Assembly (NCBI GenBank): GCA_013239625.1
Contig: MU054391.1
Location: forward strand, 3,687,130 to 3,751,129
DNA: 64,000 nucleotides
From: Lama guanicoe
Lineage: Eukaryota
Reading direction: 5' to 3'
The number at the start of each line of letters is the position of its first letter. The first letter of the stretch is position 1. The position numbers and the translations under genes are program-made. Positions 1-13,285 of this stretch are shown in pieces. The notes beneath the pieces are model-generated. The model saw nothing but the letters and a program-made list of their open reading frames with translations, had not been told where the DNA came from and ran no database searches.

Positions 1-144
1 CTCTGAAAGCACTCTGACTGCAAATTCAACCATTCTCACTTCCTTAACCACAAATAATTTCCTATACAAGAGCCACACAGGGGGAGCCTCTTCAGAGAAA
101 TCAACACACTGTGACAGTAGCGTAGATTAGAAAATTACAGTTAG

Positions 145-150
145 TTTATT
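145..150 (-). terminator. CMPK2: Probable CMPK2 polyadenylation signal (AATAAA)
   Basis: tttatt at 145-150, about 1.5 kb downstream of the stop on the minus strand. Confidence 0.55.
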
Positions 151-1681
151 CATTTGCAAGGGTCATGACTTAAATGTCTGTGTTTCTAGGCTGCCAGCAT
201 AAACTTTCCAGAATGTTCAAAGTAAGTAACTCCAATAGCATAGTTAGATATCACATCTTAAAGAAACTGAACGTGATTTATCAGACTTAAAAAATATTTT
301 GAACTGAGACAAATGACATATTTATATGCATAGATATATTATGTATGCATTACCTATAGTTCTTTTGAAAAATAGTATGATATAGTTAATACTAAGCTCT
401 ATTGTAAGATTCCACGTGATAAACCTGATAACACCTTAAATTTAACTATCTCGGGGAAATGTCTTCTCGAGACATTCCCCTAAAATAATTTACAGATTTA
501 TCTATCTTAGAACTGGAAGGAATTTTAGGTAATCACCTGATTCAGCCAACTCCTTAAGACAAAGAATTATTATCAATTTTTAGATCAAGTTACATGGGCT
601 ATTAATGTTAAGTGACTCACCCAGGGTCAAATAACTACTAAGTTTTCTCTTTTCTCAGCTCTCAGTGCTGATTTCATGTGTAATGAGAAGCCTTTCAACA
701 GCAAGACGCTAAGAAATCCCCTTCCGGGAACCAGTGCGCTTCCTTAGCAGGAGAAATGAAATCTGTCCAGTGAAAACATGTAACAAGCGTTGCACTCAGC
801 TTCTTGGCTTCAGTTTTGATTGGTGAAGCCCAGCCCCGACACGGAGGACAAACAAGATGTAAACATCAAGAAACACACACTGCTGGACTGGCTGCGATTC
901 ATGCAGCTCCTTTAGTGCAAAACACTCGCTCTGTCCAAACCCATGTTTTCAGAGGAAAGAAGAGAAATATAAATAATCAGAACAGAATTCAAGGACTGTG
1001 GGTGTGTCTGTGTTTAGAACACCCTGAGTTGGCCTCTTCTGTGTTTGACTTTAAAGTGCTAACCAAGAGGACCCTCTCAGGGACTGTTGGTCTCAAACAC
1101 GAGTCAGATGCCTTCTTGATAAGTGCCTCCTCCCCACGAGATGGGCCAGTGGGAGAGTCTTCCAGCAGCTGGGACACGCAGACGCAATCTTTGGGAGCAC
1201 TGGGCTCTAAGGTGCGGGACCGAGCTCACAAAGACAGAGTGAGGCAAAACTGACAGGAAGTCAACTGCGGGCACATCAAGGTGTCATCAGTGAGCCGGCG
1301 CAGGCATGGGAGAGGCTGGTCACTCTTCCACTGACTTGGAGGGTCTTCTTGGTTGCTTCTGTCTCCCTCACGCTTTCTAGAGGAGATAAACCCTGCAGGG
1401 GTTTTATGGGGATGTGCCTAAAAATATTTTCCAAGAAAACGTTTGTTGTACTTGGCAGAAAGCAGTCACCATCTCTCACTGGAAGGTGCCCAGTCTCAGT
1501 CTTAACGGGTCCATCGGTCAGAAGCAAGTACAATGTTTTAGGTAAAACTGGAAAGTCTAGTCTCCAATTTTCTGCCACACAACACGCTTATGCAATTGAA
1601 TCCCGGGAAAATTTCAGAACCTGTTGTGGGTGGATCAAACAGCATTCCGTCTAGTCAGATGTGGCGCCCGGCCTGGCGTAA

Positions 1682-1805
1682 CTACAACGCACTACAATGA
1701 TTACGGATTATGCGTAAAACCATCTGGAGGACCTTCTCTCTTGAGGGGCTGGCGTCAACCACGTGGCAGCCAGGGTTCTCCATCCGCTGGTAGGACACCT
1801 CGACC
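1682..1805 (-). CDS. CMPK2: CMPK2 coding exon 5 (124 nt to TAG stop)
   Basis: tgcag|GGTCGAG; encodes VEVSYQRMENPGCHVVDASPSREKVLQMVLRIIRNHCSAL*; the five exons sum to 1353 nt = 450 aa + stop. Confidence 0.95.
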
Positions 1806-1989
1806 CTGCAGACCAGCAGAGAGCACAGAGTTGGCCTGTTTGCAAACACAGCTCTTCATGCGAAGGTAATTTTCCTCCATCATAGAAACTGCTTGAAGCG
1901 AGGTCCCCATCTGGCTTACTTCCCTGCCCCTTTCGCAATTTGCTCTGCCCATGGGAGACATCTGGTACATTTAGTTAATAAATGATAAA

Positions 1990-2880
1990 TTAAATATAAT
2001 GGGCAATAGCCAGCATTTATTGAACACCTACTGTCTGCCAAGGGTTAGCGTTCTGCACATTTTCGTTTCATGGTCAGAGTAACCTTACGTGGGGAACCAC
2101 TACCATCCATCCCCATTTGGCAGAGAAGGCAGCAGAGGCTCAAGGAGATTAAGGAATCCCGCAGAGCCTGTGCCCTGAGGGATTTCAGACCAGCCAGAGG
2201 CCCTTAGCACATACGGTATTTTTGTTTAGGCGTCATCTAAAACTTCCCCGGAATTTTACATCTCCTTCCAGGGTGAGGGAGCCTTGGTGCGTGTGGAATG
2301 ACTGGGCTGAGCATATAACCAAAGCACTAGAATTCTGTAATTCTCTTAAAACAAGAGCCTGGAGTCGATGGTCTGGGTCCACAGCACTGCTAGACCACTT
2401 CCCAGCTATGAGAACCTGACACATTTCTTTCCCATCCCCTCTGTGCCTCAGTTTCCTCATCTGTGAAGTGAGGGGATGGAAATAATGCCTTCCTTGCTGT
2501 GAGGTTTAATTGAATTAGTACCAGCAAACTCCTTGACGTGGTTTCTTTGCACACAGCTGAGTTGCTTTTTATTTATGTCACAACAGCATTAAGTCATGAT
2601 AAAGTGCAATCATTGTTTATTTATATAAACGACTCTGTTTTGGCTCTTTGAACCAGTCGCACAGAACTGGTTCATCCTCAGCCATGAAGCAGTAACGCAG
2701 CCCAGACGTTCCTGCTACTGTATTTGTGGTTTTCTAAGGAAAATGAAAGGACTGCCTCAAAATCAGAAAGCTCTTGATTTTAATCCCAGTGTTACTGCTC
2801 GGGAGCTATGCAAGTGTAGACACGTCACTCCATCCTCTGAGCCTCCGTTTTGTAAACTGTAAAATATGGTTAATATTGTC
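1990..2880. mobile_element. Cluster of MIR SINE fragments in CMPK2 intron 4
   Basis: MIR core text: ctctgtgcctcagtttcctcatctgtgaagtg (about 2440-2470), ctctgagcctccgttt...tgtaaaat (about 2835-2865), catttattgaacacctact (about 2014-2032). Confidence 0.65.
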
Positions 2881-3286
2881 TGACAAGGATTACAGAGCAT
2901 CAGAAGCCAAAGGCCTGCCACACAGGAAGCCCTAACAAGTGAGGGTCACTGTGAGCTCATCAGACGGTCCCCGTGACCATTCTACCATGACCGGGAAAGC
3001 CAAGCCCCAGAAAGGCACGTGGTCCCACTCTGTTCTCGCTGCTCCTGGCACAGCCGGCGCTGGACGGAGCTCTGATCCCTGGTCAGGCACCCCGTGGCTG
3101 TAGAATAAGCAGGCTGTAGTGCCAGGCAACAGTCCCGCAGGACGGAGCGGGACTAACTTGGGGGATCCAGCCTCTGGGGTTTGGAAAGTGGGAACCACAC
3201 CACTTCCTCCACTCAAGTCAGTGCGGATCCCGGGTCACCGCCAGGGCCAGGGACCCGCCCCCCACATCGCGTGTCAGGACACCTAC

Positions 3287-3520
3287 TTTTGACGAAATAC
3301 GTTGTTGGTCTCCAGTTCCACCTCCTCTCTGGTCCGCTCCATGCCCCGGCCCTCGAGCCTCTGCATCCTCTCCTCGGGGCTCACTGTGAGCAGCAGCACC
3401 AGGTCGGGCTTGAGCAAGTCCCTGGGCCACTGGTATATCGGGTGATGGGCGGGGGGCAGGTGCTGGAGGCCCCCACTCACCTCAGTGGCTATGGCATAGG
3501 TGGCCGTGCTGTGCCAGTAC
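3287..3520 (-). CDS. CMPK2: CMPK2 coding exon 4 (234 nt)
   Basis: cccgcag|GTACTGGCAC...CGTCAAAA|gtaggt; encodes YWHSTATYAIATEVSGGLQHLPPAHHPIYQWPRDLLKPDLVLLLTVSPEERMQRLEGRGMERTREEVELETNNVFRQ(K). Confidence 0.96.
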
Positions 3521-6182
3521 CTGCGGGAAAAAGGAGTAGTGAGCTCCCCGTCTGCAGAGGAAGTCAAGGGAACACCTGAAAATCAGCTGCTGAGGAGGTG
3601 GAAACTGGGGATGACTCTGCTGCATTTGGCCTAGAACTGTATACAGTAAAGAGAGAAAACTAAATCACATCTTTAAAAGCATTTATAAAATCTAAAAATA
3701 AGTTAAAAGCAACCACAATAAGAATGCAGTGGGCACTTCCCAGAGCATCACGTATTCTGCGGGAACCACGTGTATGGAGAGGCTCCTCTGCTGCCCTGGC
3801 CTTGTAGGGTGTTTCCTTTCAGGTCAGCAGGACGGCAGGGGTGGTAGCTTTGTTCAATAGTCTGTTTGCATTTAGCACCGTGTCTTGGTCCGATGAAAAT
3901 CTGCAGGTGCATTCAGTTCCTGCCTGGTTTTAACACTGACTTTGCTGACGAAATCCACGTTCTGGGAACCCCGGCTAGGAGGCCTCTGTCCTTCCCGGCT
4001 CCCCAGTCATCTATCTAACTGCATCCATTATCGATCAAGAAGGGAAATAAACCCACGCACGATCTGTGAGAATCTGTGGATGTCCTTCCTGAGCAAAGTT
4101 GGTCATGCTCAACTGGCTGTTCTTAAAGATATTTCAGGGAGAGGAAAGAAAATCACAGCCCTCAAGGAAGGTCAAATCTGCCCTCTTTCTCAAAAAGCCT
4201 GATGGCTTTTGGCCACCTGCCAGAAAACGTTCAGCCTGCGTCTAAGAACAGAACATCCTCCCAGCGTGGACCCGGGCACCCTCCTCCAGGGGGGTCTGTC
4301 TCCACATTCTCCTGCAGCTGGAGTGAGGGTCTCGGGCAGCAAAGTGCCTCCTCTTCCTTCCCGCCCCCACCCCCAGAAGCAGCCCCCAAGCCTCAGTGCT
4401 CTTCACACTCACCCAACTCTGTGGAAGGACTTACTGTAATTTGGAGCTACCTGTTTACAAGTTTCTCTCTTTTGTCTCCTCCAGTAGATAATTCCTTTTT
4501 GAGTCATCTCTGTATTCCAAAACCTGAGACCAGCTTCTGGCACATAATAAGTGCACAATAAATAATGTTCTCTGGGTATATGAATGAATGACAGAATTAT
4601 TTTATAACGGCGTAATTGATTATACGTTTGCCCTGTTCATATCATATTCCAATTCTAAGTGACTGAATGCAAAACTCCAATCCAGTGTTAAAGGTCTATC
4701 AGCTACAACAAATATTTATGAAACAGTTATAAACACCCCAATATAGACAGATACGCAAAGCTCCATCCACGTCTGTGTTTTCAATTTACTGTCTGCACTA
4801 TTTTAAAATCCTAAATTCTTAATCCTTTTAGATTTGAATTTCTTTCCACAGCGAAGAGGACATGCTGGTCCTTTATCTACGAAATAAATCCACAGTGTGA
4901 CCCAAGCCGTGTATTGTTTTTCCTTCTGCCACCTACTTGCTTTGTGGACAAAGTTTAGGCTCAAATTCCTCATCTGGAAAATGAAAATCATGAAAGCTTT
5001 GTTTTCCTTCCACAGTTGTTGCAAAACAGCAAGTGCGTTTAAAAAAAAAAGTGTCACACGGTCATTATGAGGCAAAATTTAATTCTTATTGGACACAGGT
5101 TATAACTAAGGTTATGATAACAAAGTACAAACAGGTCTGAAAAGAACACGGGAATCTGGGCGGAGACCAATTCTAACATCGCTCATCCTTCAAAGCCCCT
5201 TTCCATCCCACAAACGTGCTCTGAGATCCTCAGGCCGCGGGACCTGCGAGCTCCCTGAATTCCGCCTCAGGCCACACGTGCGGGTCACTTACCGGACTCC
5301 TAACCACTTACAAACTTGTACTTCCATCTTCTCTGTCGGGTGGACACATCCTCACAGGGTCCAGGCTATCTTTTTCGTGGCAACAGAACTGCAGTTTTAC
5401 ACACGCTGCACGTTCACTGAACTAAACGCTCAGCTCTGAATACGGAGGCTGCGATCATCTAAACGTAAGAAGGCTCCTTGATCGCAGAAGAACCGTCAGC
5501 CAGAGCAGGCTTTTAAGGTGATGAGTGTGACTAAGTTGCCAACCTTAACTGCAGTCACCATCAAAAATTACTCTGTCTCCTTTATTTTCTCAGCTAGATG
5601 ATGGTGTTGTCTAAAACGGACTTCGTTAAAATCTTTAAACATGAACAAAACCCACTCAGACAACAAATAACCGCTCTTTTCTTCTCATCTGACAAGGTGA
5701 TGCAGTATTATCTCTTTAAAGAACAAAACTGCAAGCAATTCACAGGCACAAAGAAGGAAAATCGGGGCACAATGGGGGCCCCATTCTGCAAAGCCAGAGT
5801 TCTCTCACTGACAACACTGGGGCTCATTTTAAATAATCATACCCCCTGGCCATCAATTTTAGACTCTTTACTATTCTGAAGTCTCCATTCCTTGCCATCA
5901 GGGAAACCACATTAGTTCAAATCAAATACAATTTGCTGATGCATTATACACAGCTTATATAATAAGGCTTTATATTTTAATAGCCATTTGCTGTTTTCAA
6001 AGTAGTCCCACCTGTACCAACTAATGGGCCATTCATCACAAGTCTTGATGGGCAGCAGGGATGGAATGAGGACTCCCCCCATTTAACAGACCGGGACGGG
6101 GATGGAGAGGGTAAGTGTCTACCTGCATGCAGAAGCCAGTGCCGCTCCAGGGCTTCTGGACATTTTAGAAAAAAAAAAAAAA

Positions 6183-6468
6183 ACTCACGGACACAGAAAA
6201 CAAACTATGGTTACCAAAGGGGAAAAGGCAGGGGAGTGATAAATTAGGGGCTGGGGATTAACAGACACACATGACTGTATATAAAATAGATAAACAACAA
6301 GGACTACTGGATAGCACAGGGAACAATATTCAATATCTTGTGGTAACATACAATAAAAGAATTTGAAGAGAAAATATATGTGTCTGTATGTGCATAACTG
6401 AATCACTTTGCTGTACACCTGAAACTAACATTGTATCAACTATATGTCAATAAAAATTAAAAAAAAAA
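6183..6468 (+). mobile_element. 5'-truncated L1 3' end in CMPK2 intron 3
   Basis: Typical L1 3'UTR text (aaactatggttaccaaagggg...ctgtacacctgaaactaaca), AATAAA and A tail. Confidence 0.8.
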
Positions 6469-8221
6469 GGAATGTGCCTGATGAAGTCACACTTTATCAG
6501 GACAAGTTTAGGTTTTCTTCCTTGAGATAAAGGGGACTGGATCAAAAAAAGATGCCAATATGGCAAATGCAGGCACTTTAACAGTAGGGTGAAAACATCC
6601 CACAGGTAAAGAAGTCCCACAAGGGAAGGCAGTGTCTCCCCTTCCTCTAAGATTCTGTACCACTTGCCAGCTTTGAAATGACTGCCTTGCCATCCCCAAA
6701 GTTAAAAGTGCCCCCTGGCATTAAAGCTGAGATGACAGCACAGGCCTTATAACTAATGTTTACTATTTTCATCTTGCTCCCTCCACCCCCCATCCCTTTC
6801 ACCACCACACACTTTATTCCCGACAAACACTCTTGAGTATCTCTCTATGGGGTATTTCAGAAAGATATTTCAAGACAGGGCTAGAAGTTCTATTTCCAGG
6901 TGTAGCAACTAGCTTTTAACTGACCGACCTTCCCACAGGGAACAGCGGAAAAGCAAGACAAGTTGAAGTGAAAGATTGGCGGAGCTAAATGTTGACCAGG
7001 ATGTGCGTGGAAGAGGACGCTGTGAACAGTCTCAACCACTTTAGAAAACTCTTTGTAGCACCCACTCAGGGCGAGCACTCGTGAGCCCGACGCCCTGCTG
7101 TCCCACTCCCGGGAGTCCACACGCGAACCCACGGGTAGTCGGCAGTTCGATCCATTAAACTGTAACTTGCTTAATAAATAATGGACTTTAACTGCCTCAC
7201 TGATCAAGCTCACTTTAATTGTTTTTACAAAAACTTGCGTATTCTATAAGCACCACGTAGCCTAAACAAGAAGTGACAAGACCCCATCACCACCTCTAGA
7301 CAGGAAATATCTCCAATGCAGGAGTCTTAAGATGCTTGCCCAAGCTGTTCTGCAGGAACCTGGAGTCAGCTGTTGTCCAGCTGGAGCTCCAGCGGGTTAG
7401 GACTGGCTGGGACCAGCAACCCTGCAACTGGGTGTGCGCAAGTGACCAGTTGCCTTTTGGCATCAGGTTCTGGAATATGTTCACTTCTTCCCATGTCTAG
7501 GCTTTGCTTCTGCTGATCTCCCTCCCATACTGCTGTTACTCCAGAATCTTCACGTGTGTCTCTCTGTGGTCATTCAGAGCTCAGGCCAATGGTACCTCCT
7601 CACTCAGGTCTTCCTAAACCCTATCTAGTGGGGGCTTAGCCATCCTCAGCCACGTGACCTTGATCTCCCCTCCTCACAGTATTTGTCTTCCTCTGATATC
7701 ATCTTATGTGTCCACGTTTTTGATTACGCCCTTCTGCTTCAGTAGAATGTCTGCTCCATGAAAGCAGGGCACTGTCCAGCCCTGGGAATTTACCATCAAA
7801 TTCCCTAAATTGAGAGCAGTCCTTGGCAAGTGTTAGATGCCCAATAAATGTTTGCTGGATTAGCCACTAAACCAACGAAGCACTCAAAGTTCGACTTACA
7901 AAGCAGAGACTTTTATTAATCTCCCCAATACGCTATGTCCAGCTCTGCCATTGTGACAAGTTACTTGACTTTTCTAAGACCTACATTCTCATCAGTAAAT
8001 TTAGTGTCCACATAGCAATAATTGTTCCAGATATTAGTATAGTATGTGTAATGCTCTTAGCCAAATGCCAAATCATAGACATTATTCCTACTATTATAAT
8101 ACAGTTTCACTTAAACACCACTGTGTCCTTACATACATATGCACACACACACACGCACACACATACAATCATACTCATATGTTAGGAAGAAAATGCCAAA
8201 TTGAAGGCACTTTATACCCAC

Positions 8222-8423
8222 CTGTCCACAATCACAGGTGATGTGGTAGATTCTTTAGCTATTTCAGAAGCCACGATATAATTGCCCAAAGAGTAAAAGG
8301 CTCTTCTAATGATATTTGGTTCATCATCAAAAATTTTCCTCCACTGGCTGATACAAGAGGGTGGTGACTTTAAGAGAACAGCCTTGAGTGAATCTGAAAC
8401 TGACTGGGTCACCGTGGTTTTAC
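8222..8423 (-). CDS. CMPK2: CMPK2 coding exon 3 (202 nt)
   Basis: ctgcag|GTAAAACC...GTGGACAG|gtgggt; encodes (G)KTTVTQSVSDSLKAVLLKSPPSCISQWRKIFDDEPNIIRRAFYSLGNYIVASEIAKESTTSPVIVD(R); completes P-loop GLDATGKT. Confidence 0.96.
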
Positions 8424-9330
8424 CTGCAGGTCATATACAAAGTAGAGCACATCTTAGCCATGGCCAACACATCACTCCCCAAAGTTACTGTTCACTCAGA
8501 AAGAGCAAAGACATACATTTCCACCTGTCAACTGAAGGAGCAGATTAAATATGACTCTTTATAAAATGATGCCAACCCTTAGGAACTTAGGATTCCCCCG
8601 TTGGGTGTTAACAAGCTTGGGAGAAAAAACAAAATAGTCATCTTGTTTACAAACTAGTGAGAGACTTTGTATTGGCCCCCAGATTCTGACTCCTCTGCTG
8701 ACACATGTGACACTGTTGTTGTCCAAGATCCGCCCTGTCCTTGGGTATTCCCTGCTGCCCTCGGAGCCTCCCTTCTGCTATTGTGTTCTGGGCTAAATGT
8801 GGGCACATCCATTGGATTTTGATGCTCGTTTGGCAGTTCCAAAGGCTCCTGCCCGCCTCTCCCTAGTTCTTCCACATTTTGCTTCCACAAGGGGCCTCTG
8901 CATTGCCTGTAGTTCCTGGACACACCAGGTGGTTCCAATCTCCAACTTCACCCTGCTATTTCTTCTTTTGGAGCATCTCTCCTGCCTTCCTCTCTTGAGC
9001 AGCTCCTATCTGCTGAAAACACAATCCAGGTGCCTACCCTTTCAAGCTCTCCCCGCGGTGCCTCCGTCCCCTCGTCTCTCACACCGAGGATGCACCCTGT
9101 GCCTTCCTGTGTTCCCAGGGCACCTGAGCTCTCCCATCTCTCCATGACCTTACATAGAAATTATCCATCTTCCTGGCCAGCCTCCCTCCACGCCTGGCAC
9201 ACACTAGAGATTCATAGGAGGCTTATGGATTGAATCCTGTACACAGTTTTGTTTGTCAAGACCTGTCTACTATTCATGCAGCTGGTTGGTTAACTGCATT
9301 GCCTATAACTAAAAGGTACACTTCTCTTAC

Positions 9331-9445
9331 CTGTGGCATCCAGTCCTTCAATGACAATAACGGGGAACCTTCCCTTCTGGACCTGCTCTGGGCACTGGTC
9401 AGCCAGATCAAGCACCGCTTGGGCTTCAGGAATGAAGGCTGTACA
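9331..9445 (-). CDS. CMPK2: CMPK2 coding exon 2 (115 nt)
   Basis: tacag|TGTACAGCC...GCCACAG|gtaag; encodes CTAFIPEAQAVLDLADQCPEQVQKGRFPVIVIEGLDAT(G), first half of the P-loop. Confidence 0.95.
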
Positions 9446-10857
9446 CTGTAACACAACACCCAGGCGTCAGCAGTGAAGCAACGGGACCTCAGCAGAAGTC
9501 ACACCTAATTGCTGGGAGCAAGACTGCACGATGCTAACAGGTGTGTTATGTTTGGCACCGTGCCAGAACACACAGTATTTTGAACCTGACAAGGACTGAA
9601 TCGCTTTATGATATGCTGCATCGCTGAGGCTCAAAAAGGCAGTAATTGTCGGGATCACCCAGCCTTCAACTTTCACCGACCAGCTTCCCCCAGACGAGGA
9701 AGGACAGGAAAGATGCATAAATGTGGAGCAGTGTCACACAGCGACAGTGGAGCCACAGAACCTGCCCGGTGCCATGTGTCACAGATGTGGGAAATCAGCC
9801 ACACCAAAGAGGGCAGTCCGCATCCTGTCTTTCCCTAAGCACCCGGGGCTCAGAAGAGCACCAAGCACTGGCCACCACCAAGCACTGCCCATCATTACCA
9901 CGTGAGCAGGGCAGGGGCTCCTGAGGATTCAAAGTTCTTAACCGTGTGTGACATCACTGTGCTCTCACAGCATCTCTACAGAGAGGCCCGGCATTGATTT
10001 TCTTACTTGCTTGCGCTGTGCAAGGCAATGTTCTAAGCGTTTTCAGAGTATTAACTTGGCCACTGCTCACGATCACCGTGAGAGTCGTGCAGCTATCTTC
10101 CCCACCTATGGGTTCAGGAAACCGAGGCAAAGAATGTTTAAGAAACTTTCTGAACGTGACACAGGTAATAAATGTCAGAGTTTGGATTCAAAGCCAGGTC
10201 TTGTAATCTTAACCACTCGGAAATCCTATCCCACACAATTTATCCAAGAGCCACAGCCCAGCCTCAGGACCAGCCTGGGCTGCGGGCAGAAAGAATCTTA
10301 GCTGTTCTTCACTGAGCACCTGCTGTGTGTCACATGTTTCCTGGTCCTAACGCTGCAGGACAGGTATTTTCCAGAAGAAAGGAAGCAAAACAAAGGCAGA
10401 GCAGCTAAGTGGCTGGGTCGCAGCCAGTAAGTAGCAGGCACTGCTTAAGTCCAAGTTTCTTAAACCCCCAAACTCAGGCTCTTCTCTCTACATCCCGACC
10501 TCCCCAGGTGGGGTCATTCCTTCCGAGAGAGGGCACTGTCTTCCCCCACACCCAGCGGCCCCCTCCCTCCGCCAGGACCTCCGGCCCCCCACTGCTCCTG
10601 CTGGCACGTCGGTTTCGCACATCAGGCTGGGGGTTCCTGGCGGGCAAGAATCCCTTAAGAGCCACGGTGTCTAACCAGCGGCTGGCACTCCGGCCGCCCT
10701 CACTGCCGGATTTGCGGAGGGGAGTGAAGCAACTACGGGACAAGAGAGGTCTGGACAGGTAGAACCCCCGGGAGCACACTGTACCCACTTCCCTGATCTG
10801 GGGGGGGGGGCGGGGGGAGCGGTCCATGCTGAGCGCTGGGAAGGGGCCGACTCTTAC

Positions 10858-11535
10858 CGCCTCCAAAACGGCTCGGGCGGCCTCCCGGTGGGGGAAGACC
10901 CCGGAGCTAGGCAGGTCGGGCACCACCGGGTGCAGCTCGGGCTCCGGCGCGGGCACGACGCGCTCGCGGCCCACCTGCCGCCACCCCTGGCCGTCCCGCA
11001 GCTCCCACGGGCGCCGCCACACTTGGCTGAGCGGGTCGCCCACGAACTCGGCCAGGCGCGGGCGCGGGGCCTCGGGGTAAGCGTCCAGCAGCGCCAGCAG
11101 CGCGCGCCAGGTGTCGGGGCTGTCGCGCGGGTCGTGGAGCAGGAAGCCGTGCTGCAGGTCGCCCGCCTCGCCGCCCGGGCGGTAGCACAGCAGCCTGCGC
11201 AGCTGGCACAGCTGGAAGGGGCCGCGGCGCAGCTGGTGCAGCAGGCGCTGGTGCAGCCGGGCCGCGCGCACCCGGGCCGCGCAGTCCCCGCCCGGCGCCA
11301 CCGGCACGCTCAGCGAGAAGCTGCGGCCCGGGGGGCCCAGGAGCGCGGCCACACGGGGGTCGGGGCGCGCGCCCGGGGCCTCGTCGCCGACGGCGAAGTG
11401 AGCCAGGATGCAGCCGGGCAGCTCCAGCGCCAAGCAGCACGGCGGTGGCGCCATGGCCCGAGCGCAGGCCCCGCGCCGCAGTCCCGGGAGGCGCGCGAGC
11501 AGCAGCGGGGCGCGCGGGCGGCGGCCAAAGGCCAT
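10858..11535 (-). CDS. CMPK2: CMPK2 (UMP-CMP kinase 2, mitochondrial) coding exon 1, 678 nt, includes Arg-rich mitochondrial targeting peptide
   Basis: Translation MAFGRRPRAPLLLARLPGLRRGACARAMAPPPCCLALELPGCILAHFAVG...AARAVLEA matches the CMPK2 N-terminus; ATG at 11535; donor GCG|gtaaga at 10858/10857; lies in a CpG island. Confidence 0.96.
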
Positions 11536-11565
11536 GGGCGCCTCCCGGTCCCGCCCCGCGCGCCG

Positions 11566-11617
11566 GGAAACGAAACCCCGGGATCGGCGGGCGGCGCCGC
11601 GGGGAACCGAAAGTGAA
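11566..11617. promoter_or_regulatory. CMPK2: CMPK2 proximal promoter ISRE/IRF elements
   Basis: GGAAACGAAAC at 11566-11576 and GGAACCGAAAGTGAA at 11603-11617, 31-82 bp upstream of the ATG, with GC boxes nearby. Confidence 0.8.
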
Positions 11618-13154
11618 GCGACGGCGGTGGGCGGGGCTCCAGACCCGGGCGCCCTGCCCGATCTCGGCCTCCGCCTCCTCTTTGCGGCGAGGTCGCGCCG
11701 CCGGGAGGGGACGCCCGCGGGCGCCCGGCGGCAGAGTGGCTCGGATGGGGACCCGGGCCCGCGCTGCGATGGGAAGCGGGCAGGTGGCCCCGGGCCACGG
11801 TTTGAATAATTCCCTTGGTGTTGCTTATGCCCAGTGTATGGTGTGCCTGTCTCAGAGGCGGTACGTGAGACCTCTGCCTTTGAGACCGGAGTGTCCCCCC
11901 GGCGCCACCACCCTCACCGGCTCCCCATCGCCCTCGCGCTCCGCTGACGTCTCACCTGAGCTTGACTTGCGGGTCCCGCAGAGCCGGCGGCCGCTCCCCG
12001 ACCTCAGCGCCGCGCCCTCGCCCGGACTCGAGTCCCAGGAGCTGCTGCATCGCTTTCACTCGGCTTTGCACGTGCTTTTCCCTCTTTTGGGATTACCCCC
12101 CACCCCACCCCATCCCGCACACACACCTTTTAATGACTCTCAAACTGGTGTCACCAGACTGGCACCTCTCCTTTGCCTTACAAAGGCCAAATAAAAGCGG
12201 TGCCTGCGGGTCCAAGGAGACAGCAGCTGGACGGCCTGACAGCGCCTTTCAGCAGCAGGCGTCACACGGACAGCAGCAGCGGCCTTCGAGGAGTAAAAGC
12301 AGTTACATTATTTGGATGTTTTATTTTGTTTTTACTCATTGATTGGTACCTTTGAAAATGATTGTCAAGCAGACCCAAAAAATTTAGAATTGAGACGAAG
12401 ATGGAAAACATTAGATGCACTGCAAGAAAATAAACTTTATGATTTAATCAGTGTGCATTGAGTGTGAGATTAGGTTTAATTCTGAAAGAAAACCCGTGAA
12501 CTGTGACAGCTATGTGGTTGAAGTATGCGTTAACAGGGAAAGGGTAATTCTGAGATTAGGATGTTTTAAGCTCATTGAGAAGAGGGTCGTTTTTTATTCC
12601 CTATGAGCAATTTGACATTTGGACCTTCTAGGGAGCAGAGATGTCACCTGTGTGGCACGAAAGATAACAGAAAAACAAGCTCCTTTTTGTTCATTGGGAC
12701 AGTATTGTATCCTTCCGTGAGCCTTTCTTGACCTTTTTTCCCATGGCCCCTCCTCATTATGGCTGCTCTTACTTTAAGTTTCCCTCTCCGTTTTCACTCC
12801 CGTCCTTGCTATAAGGAGACTGTGAAATTCATGGCAGTGCAAGATCGAGGCTCAGTCAGTCTTAACTATGTTGAAGACTGAAGATAAAATATTTTCATTC
12901 ATAAAGGAAAAAAATTATAATTCCAATTATAATTTCCTAAAACAGAGACTCTGATAGTCCCAGCTGGGCTCGATGTTTAGATTGAATAAACTTGCCTGTA
13001 GTAACCTGCGCTTGTGGGTGTGGAGGAGAGAAGCTGGGAGCTGGAAAGACGTTCCAAAGAAGTCTTTCAATGAAAGAACAACACAGCTTTATTCACATAA
13101 AAAGCCAGGTTCTTCAGTCAGAATTCAATTTACAGCCTCAAACAGGAAAAAATA

Positions 13155-13285
13155 AGTAGTAACCTATAATGAAAAAGAACCTGAAAATGAATACATGTAT
13201 ATATATAATATATGACTGAAACATTATGCTGTCCACCAGAAATTGACACAACATTGTAAACTGACTATACTACAATAAAAAACTA
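13155..13285 (+). mobile_element. Short L1 3' end nested in older L1-like sequence
   Basis: aacctataatgaaaaagaa...acattgtaaactgactatact...aataaaa. Confidence 0.65.

Larger units (their letters stand above)
10800..12030. promoter_or_regulatory. CpG island over CMPK2 promoter and exon 1
   Basis: Very high GC and CpG density by inspection. Confidence 0.85.

Noticed and set aside
1..1681. NRIR/lncCMPK2-type lncRNA
   Set aside because: Cannot be recognised from sequence; this interval is best explained as the CMPK2 3'UTR, and such an RNA would lie outside the window
10474..10857. C-terminal extension of the 353-aa minus ORF beyond AARAVLEA
   Set aside because: Read-through into intron 1; a strong GTAAGA donor at 10857 and in-frame exon 2 give the canonical CMPK2
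10826..12342. Several long overlapping ORFs on both strands near CMPK2 exon 1
   Set aside because: Stop-codon-poor shadows of a CpG island; low-complexity Arg/Pro/Gly/Ala products with no recognisable domain
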